Shown here in pieces: positions 57,657 through 64,000 of a DNA stretch of 64,000 bases. Below the pieces are notes generated by a model, which saw nothing but the letters and a program-made list of their open reading frames with translations, made no database searches and was not told the origin of the DNA. Every line of letters starts with the position of its first letter. Position 1 is the stretch's first letter. Location of the stretch: the NCBI RefSeq assembly GCF_009914755.1, contig NC_060930.1. The stretch is one strand, 5' to 3'. Source of the DNA: the human T2T-CHM13v2.0 reference genome, Homo sapiens. The position numbers and the translations under genes are program-made.

Positions 57657-57950
57657 TTTTTTTTTTTTGAGGCAAAGTTCACTCTGTCACCCAGGCTGCA
57701 GTGCAGTGGCACGATCTCGGCTCACTGCAACCTCCGCCTCCCAGGTTCAAACGATTCTCATGCCTTTGCCCCCCCAAGCATCTGGAATTTTAGGCGCGCA
57801 CCACCATGCCCAGCTAATTTTTATACTTTTAGTAGAGACAGAGTTTCGCCATGTTGGCCAGGCTGGTCTCAAACTCCTGACCACAAGTGATTCACCTGCC
57901 TTGACCTCCCAAAGTGCTGGGATTACAGGCACGATCCACTGCGCCTGGTC
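57657..57950 (-). mobile_element. AluS
   Basis: Full Alu; gtcataatt is repeated on both sides. Confidence 0.95.
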
Positions 57951-58609
57951 CATTTGTCATAATTATAAACCAGAATTGATATGTTATCACCAGCTCAACT
58001 TCAGACTTTATTAAGAGTTCTTCAGCCTTACCCTAATGTCCTTTTTCTGTTTCAGTATTCCATCCAAAATACCCCATTACATTAGTCATCATGTCTTTTA
58101 GGCTGTTTTTTGGTTGTAACAATTTCTTAGACTTTTCTACTTTTAACTTGATGATTTTTGGTAGTCTTATGGATTACTGGTCAGGGATCTTGTAGAAGGT
58201 CCTCCAGTTGGTATTTACCTGATGTTTTTCTTGTGATTAGAACGTGGTTGTGGGTTTTTAGGAGGAAGACCACAGAGGTCAAATGCCATTATCATCATTT
58301 TATATCAAGGAGTCTTATTATCAACATGACTTAATCACTGTTGAAGTTAAACTTGATAGCTGGCTGAGGTACAGTTTGTCAGGTTTCTCCACCATTGATT
58401 TACTCCTTTTTTTCTCCCTTTAGAAGAAAGTCACTATGCACAGCTCACACCTTAAAGAGTGGGTTATGTTCTACCTCCTTAAAAGTAGCACATCTACACA
58501 AATTATTTGGAATTATTATCCAGGGGAGATTTGTCTATTCTCCTCTATTAATTAATTAAAATCATTATACACTCATAGATATTTATTTCACACTTTGGGT
58601 TATAATCCA

Positions 58610-59413
58610 TGCTATAGAGTAAATGTTTGTGTCCTTCCCAAATGTATATACTGAAATCCCACAATGTAATTAAAATAAGGAGTTAGAGCCTTTTGGAGGT
58701 GATTAGGTCATGAGGGCTCTGCCCATTCATGAAATGGGATTAATGACCTTATACAAGAGATCCCAGAAGACTCCCTCAGTCAGTAGTTCTGCCATGTGAG
58801 GACACAGCATGATGACAGTCATCCACAAACAAGGAAGCAGGTCCTTACCAGACACCAAATCAGCCAGTGCCTTGATCTTGACTTCCTAACCTTCAGAACT
58901 GTGAGCAATAAATTTCCATTGTTTGTAAGCTACCCAGTTTACAGTATTTTGTTACAGCAGCCCAAACAGACTAAGACAAACACCTTGTAGGAAACAAAGA
59001 CTGTTCAGGGATAATAAGAGATATTGCCTCAGTGACAAAAGAGCATGCTACAAAAGAGGCACATTCAGAGAAAAAAAGAAAAATATGCCTGGACATTAAG
59101 ATTATAATAACAGAAATAAACAAAAACTAAATAAAAACATTGAAAGATGAAGTTGCGGCATTGTTGCAGCAAATATAGCAAAAAGATAAAGAGATGAAAA
59201 ATGAGAGAGAAGATTAAAAAAAAGAAAAAGAAGAAGAATGACTCCAATGATCCTACTTCCGAATAAGAAAATCTCAGTATAAAAAAATTTAGAAAAATCT
59301 ATTGGCACCTTTATCTTGGACTTCCCAGCCTCCAGAACTTTAAGAAATAAATTTATGTTGTTTATAAGCCATCCAGTTTATGACATTTTGTTATAGCAGC
59401 CTGAGCTAAGGCA
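58610..59413 (+). mobile_element. Composite: MLT1A LTR (58610-58978), HAL1/L1 ORF1 fragment (~58990-59290), 3' part of a second MLT1A LTR (~59300-59413)
   Basis: A single 5-bp TSD atcca (58605-58609 and 59414-59418) brackets the whole unit. Confidence 0.8.
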
Positions 59414-60319
59414 ATCCAATACTACTTTATTTTGTTGCTAAAATTTTCCAGCTATGGCCATTGGGAAGTCTTTCAGTTGACTTCTGTGTGTTTTGAATAT
59501 ACCCCCACCAATGTAGGGATTTTTCCAAGCACTTCCTTACTTTCTAGCACCAGAAGATGCTCCAGACATCTTGTATATTTTGTGTCCCATCCTAGAACCA
59601 GCCAACTCTGCAAAGAGTTACTTTTCTAAATTGGAGGATGGTGTTAGAAACAAGATACAGGTACCAGGTTTGCTCATTGCTACTGGGGTGTCATTGCTTC
59701 TAGGCTTTCTCAGGTGACAGAGCAATGAGACATATTAATATGTTATAATCTGTATACATATATACTTAGCCATAAATATGTACATATGTTTATAAATATA
59801 TAAGCAACAATATCTATCTATATTAAGCTAATAAGTTCATTTTGATATCTCCAACTCTAATTGATTACCAGATGGATCATTTCAGCCTTCTCCCTTGCTT
59901 ATCTGTATCATTCCACTCTAACAGTGAGAAACCTGGTTCTCACCATCTACTGTTCATTTACTCAATTGTCCAATTCCTCTGTATGTACAGTATATGTAAT
60001 GGTTTCAGAATTGTTAACCCATACACCCATGGGAAACAACTTTATCAAGTAGAGTGTAGTTTTATGTAGAGCTCTCTTTGCCTTTAGCCTCATAGACTCC
60101 ACTCCCTTCCAAAGTTACTTAGGTCAACTTTTTCCTCCCCCAGTCCCTTCAATGAGATTGTTTTATACATCTGTAATATAGTTAGATTATTTTTTTCACG
60201 TTGTGTATTTCATTTTGAGATCCTTCAACTTCCTAAATGACTTTTTAAATATTTTGATACATAAATGTTTACTTTTTATGCTTTAAAGGTCTGTATATTC
60301 TGAGACTGCAGGTCTTATA

Positions 60320-60399
60320 TTAGGTAAGTGCAAAAGTTATTGAGTTTTTTGCCATTATGTTCAATGGCAAAAACCGCAGTTACTTTTGCACCAACCTAA
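60320..60399. mobile_element. MADE1 mariner MITE (80-bp palindrome)
   Basis: ttaggtaagtgcaaaagt...tttgccatt / aatggcaaaaa...acttttgcaccaacctaa with TA duplications. Confidence 0.95.
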
Positions 60400-61549
60400 T
60401 ATCTTGCCCTCTCCTTTACAGTATCATACAGAATAGTTTGACTGCCTCAAAATTATGTTGCTTCAATTTTTAACCATACCCTATTCCCTGTTGTACCCCT
60501 GGCAGCCATTTATGTTTATCATCTCTATAGTTTTGGCTTTTCCTGAATGTTATACAACTGTACTTAAACAGTATGCAGCTTTTCACACTGGCTCTCTTCA
60601 CTTAGCAATATGCATTTAAGATTCATCCACGTGTTTTGTGGTTTAATAACTTATTTCTTTTTCTTTCTTTCTCCTATGTTCTGAATAATGTCTTATTATA
60701 TGGATGTACCATAGTTTATCCATTTACTTTTTAAAGAATATCTTGATTGTTTTTGATTTTGGGCAATTACAAATAAAGCTAATGTAAGTATTCATATGCA
60801 GGTTTTTATGTGAACATAAGTTTTAAAGTCATTTGAGTAAATACTTAGGAACTCACTTCTGGATCTTAGAGTAAGATTGTGTTTATTTTTGACAGTTTGA
60901 AATTGTCGTTGTCTTCCAAAGTGGCTATACATCCCCACCAACACTGAATGAGAGTTTTTATTGCTCTATATCTTCACCAGCAACTGGTATTGTCAGCATT
61001 TTTTGTTTTGGTTTGTTTATTTATTTGTATATATTGAAGTTTAGTCATTCTGATCATTGCGTCATGGTAACTCAAAGTTTTAATTAGCAATTCCTTAAAG
61101 ACAAATGAGGTTGAGCATCTATTCATATACTTAAGTGTTATCTGTATAACATCTTTGATGAGGTATCTGCTCAGATATTTTACCCATTTTATAATTTATT
61201 TGTTTTCTTATTAATCAATTTTAAGAATCATTTGTATATTTTGGATACATGTCTTTTATTACCTATGTGTTTAATATTTTTCCCTGTCCTTAGCTTATAT
61301 TTTTATCTCTTTAACAGTGTCTTTTACAAAGTAGAAGTTTTAGTGAAGTCCAGTATATCAATTATTCATTCATAGATCATGCATTCATTTGGTGGTACGT
61401 TTAAAAACTTATTACTAAATACAAGGGAATGTAGATTTTCCTTATGCCTCCTTCAAAAACTTTTATAATTTCCCATTTTACATCTAGGTCCATGATCAAT
61501 TTTGAATAATTTTTGTGTCAAGTCTAAAGTCCATGTCTAGATTTTCTGT

Positions 61550-61552
<3 letters not shown>

Positions 61553-61584
<32 letters not shown>

Positions 61585-61602
61585 TGTGTGTGTGTGTCTG
61601 TG
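61553..61602. repeat. (TG)n microsatellite
   Basis: Direct reading of the sequence. Confidence 0.95.
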
Positions 61603-63439
61603 TACCTATAATCTTCTAATCAAATTCCATTTATGTAGATTTAGGCCCAAAAAATACCATTGTCTCCCCCTCTGAGTTACTTACAAAACTCAGGTTATAA
61701 AACTCTCTTGATATGTTATTTATTAAATTCCAAGTTCTAGGGTTCCGGCAAAAGGCCTCAGAACTTGAGCAGGAACATTTTTAGGAAATACCAACAATTG
61801 TGGTAGGAAAAAGGATGCCTACTTCAATTTATCTCCAGGGTAAGTGTCTGTGCCACGGATATACCACTTGGGGGACATACTTCTTGCTCCCTGGGGCTTA
61901 TAGCTGTATGTTTTAGATACCTGGTCATCAATCTCAATGTTACTTTATCCTGGTTTTCTTTCAATCCAAAAGCAAGCTGTTCATTGTGAATTCTCTCCCA
62001 GTGACCCTGCCAGCATGGCCAGACTTGGTGACCATCTCCTTAAGGAGCTAGCAGATGTCCTTGTTCTCTGATTCTGATGTGTAAGTTATCTCCCAAGCCA
62101 TATAAATAGGCCTGAGAAAATGATATTTATTAGTACTAAAACTCATCAACCTTCTGATGTTTATCCTAAGACAACACATTTCTCAAAACACTTAATTGAC
62201 AAAATTGACATTTTTATTTGCAATGGCTAAGTGACAAATTGTTGTTAGTATCATTTGGTGGATAGGTTTCAATCTCATATCCAATACATTTAATATTAAA
62301 AATTGAAGGTACATAAATGAAGTATATACATTTATTTGATTATATATATTTTTGGTAGTCAAATATTGAATTTAGATCATTTATATTATAGTTTATATGT
62401 TATAAGCTCACGGGTTCATTAACATATTTATGAAATATTATTAGTAAATGTAATTAGTCAATTATTCTTCATGCCTTTTGAACCTAAGAACGTTATTATT
62501 ATATGCTCCTTGGTTGGAATTTTCAAACTAGTTCAATATTCTAGAACACTCTTTTTATAATGTCATTAGATATTGCTAAAAACAACAATATAAGCAACCA
62601 AGTAAGTAAAAATATTCTAAACTTCTAAACTAAAAATGTCTGATCAAGTCTGGAATATTTCCCAGAAAGAATCCATTGAATGTAGGTTACCATGGTGATT
62701 AGCAAGAATGTGGAATGAAGTTCATTTCATGATAATTGCTACATATTTGCAGCTGAAGTGCATCTTTCAGTTTCAGTCTCAGACTTTGAGACCATAATAA
62801 TAGCTCTGGAATATGAGTTGTATATTTAAACCTATAATATTGTGCAGGGGCATATCTAATTCTGTGGAGGTTCTTTTTTTGCAGTGACCAACATGGTAAT
62901 TTTTAAAAAGCTTATTCCTGTTTGTTGGAATTTCTGTGTATAGATTATGTTTGATTGATTCTTAAAAAACAGAATTTATAATGTCTCCAAATCAATTTAA
63001 AGATAAAAGCATTTTATTTTAAAATCCTCCCCCCTTAGAAAGAAAGCTGAATTTAATTTTGAGGCAGCTGAATGCTCTTGCTTTGTAATTATTTCTGAAG
63101 AAGTTCATGGTCAGATGCCAACTTTTGTGAATTAATAATAAGTTTTGATAAATTGTGCCAAAATCAGAAAGTTAGTGCTTTGAAAAGCTGTTTTAACACT
63201 TTGGGGCTAAGCAAAAATTAAATGCAGAATGTAACAAGTTGCTAAGGGATTAGTGTGTGATATTGAAGTGTTATAAAGAAGCCCAATAACAAAATTCTTA
63301 AAAATAGACGTAGAACAGCTATGTCAAAATTCCTTTGCTGTGTACTACTACTTTGTGTGATGTTTTCTGCTTACAGAATATTATCTGTTTTTGATTAATT
63401 TTTACAAGAGCCTTCCAAATAAAAATAATATCAAAAATA

Positions 63440-63660
63440 AAGATAGTACGTTTATCGAGAATTTACTGTGTAACAGACAGTATTCTACATACACTAACTC
63501 ACTCAATCCTTACAATAATACTAAGGAGTAGGTTACTGTTATTATCTTTGTTTTGTGGATGATCAAATCAAGGCATAGAACAATGCAGTGTTATAATTTG
63601 CCCAACATCACATAGTGTAGGGCACAGCCAGAAATCAAATTCAAAGAGGCATCCTCTTAA
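63440..63660 (-). mobile_element. MIR SINE
   Basis: tttatcgagaatttactgtgt...aatccttacaataatact...aatttgcccaacatcacatag. Confidence 0.75.
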
Positions 63661-64000
63661 ACAAATGATGCTACAGTACACTGCTGATCTGAAATATTTT
63701 TATTCCCGATGTATTGTACCAAAAATGGAGGTTCAAAGAAGTCAAGTAATGCCAATGTTACATAACCATCAAAAGGCAGAAGTGGAACTCAGGTATTTTT
63801 TTCTGATTCTAAATCTAGGGGCCATTAGAACTCATGGTCATTATGGACTTGAATGTACAATTCATATCCCTTGTTACCTGGCCAACTGGGAGATAAAACA
63901 ATGTTTGCTCAAATTGCATGTTATACTTAAGAGCCTTAAGAGTGGACTCACCCATCTCTTACCTATACCTGCCCTTTCCATAAATTAAATATATATTTTC

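Larger units (their letters stand above)
57535..61545 (-). mobile_element. L1MC/MD 3' region hosting an Alu, an MLT1A composite and MADE1
   Basis: Antisense old L1 3' UTR and ORF2 text, colinear across the insertions. Confidence 0.8.

Overview
AT-rich, CpG-poor primate (most likely human) genomic DNA with no CpG island and no convincing intact protein-coding exon. The first ~870 bp look like the end of a + strand 3' UTR (miRNA seed cluster, UGUA motifs, AATAAA); I cannot name the gene. The rest is intergenic and dominated by repeats: about 16 Alus plus a FAM monomer, MIR and L2 fragments, several L1 fragments, DNA-transposon MITEs (MER53, MER5, Tigger4b, MADE1), many solo LTRs, and a nested cluster of decayed class III (ERV-L-like) proviruses at ~24-42.6 kb. 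Most interesting: (1) a fossil env-like frame (RTKR furin site, ISD-like motif) following ERV-L-type gag/pol; (2) an MLT1A LTR / HAL1 fragment / partial LTR composite inside a single TSD; (3) several local templated direct and inverted duplications; (4) a MADE1 (miR-548-type) hairpin. Repeat family names come from recalled consensus sequences, not a database search. I see no evidence for a novel active biological system.
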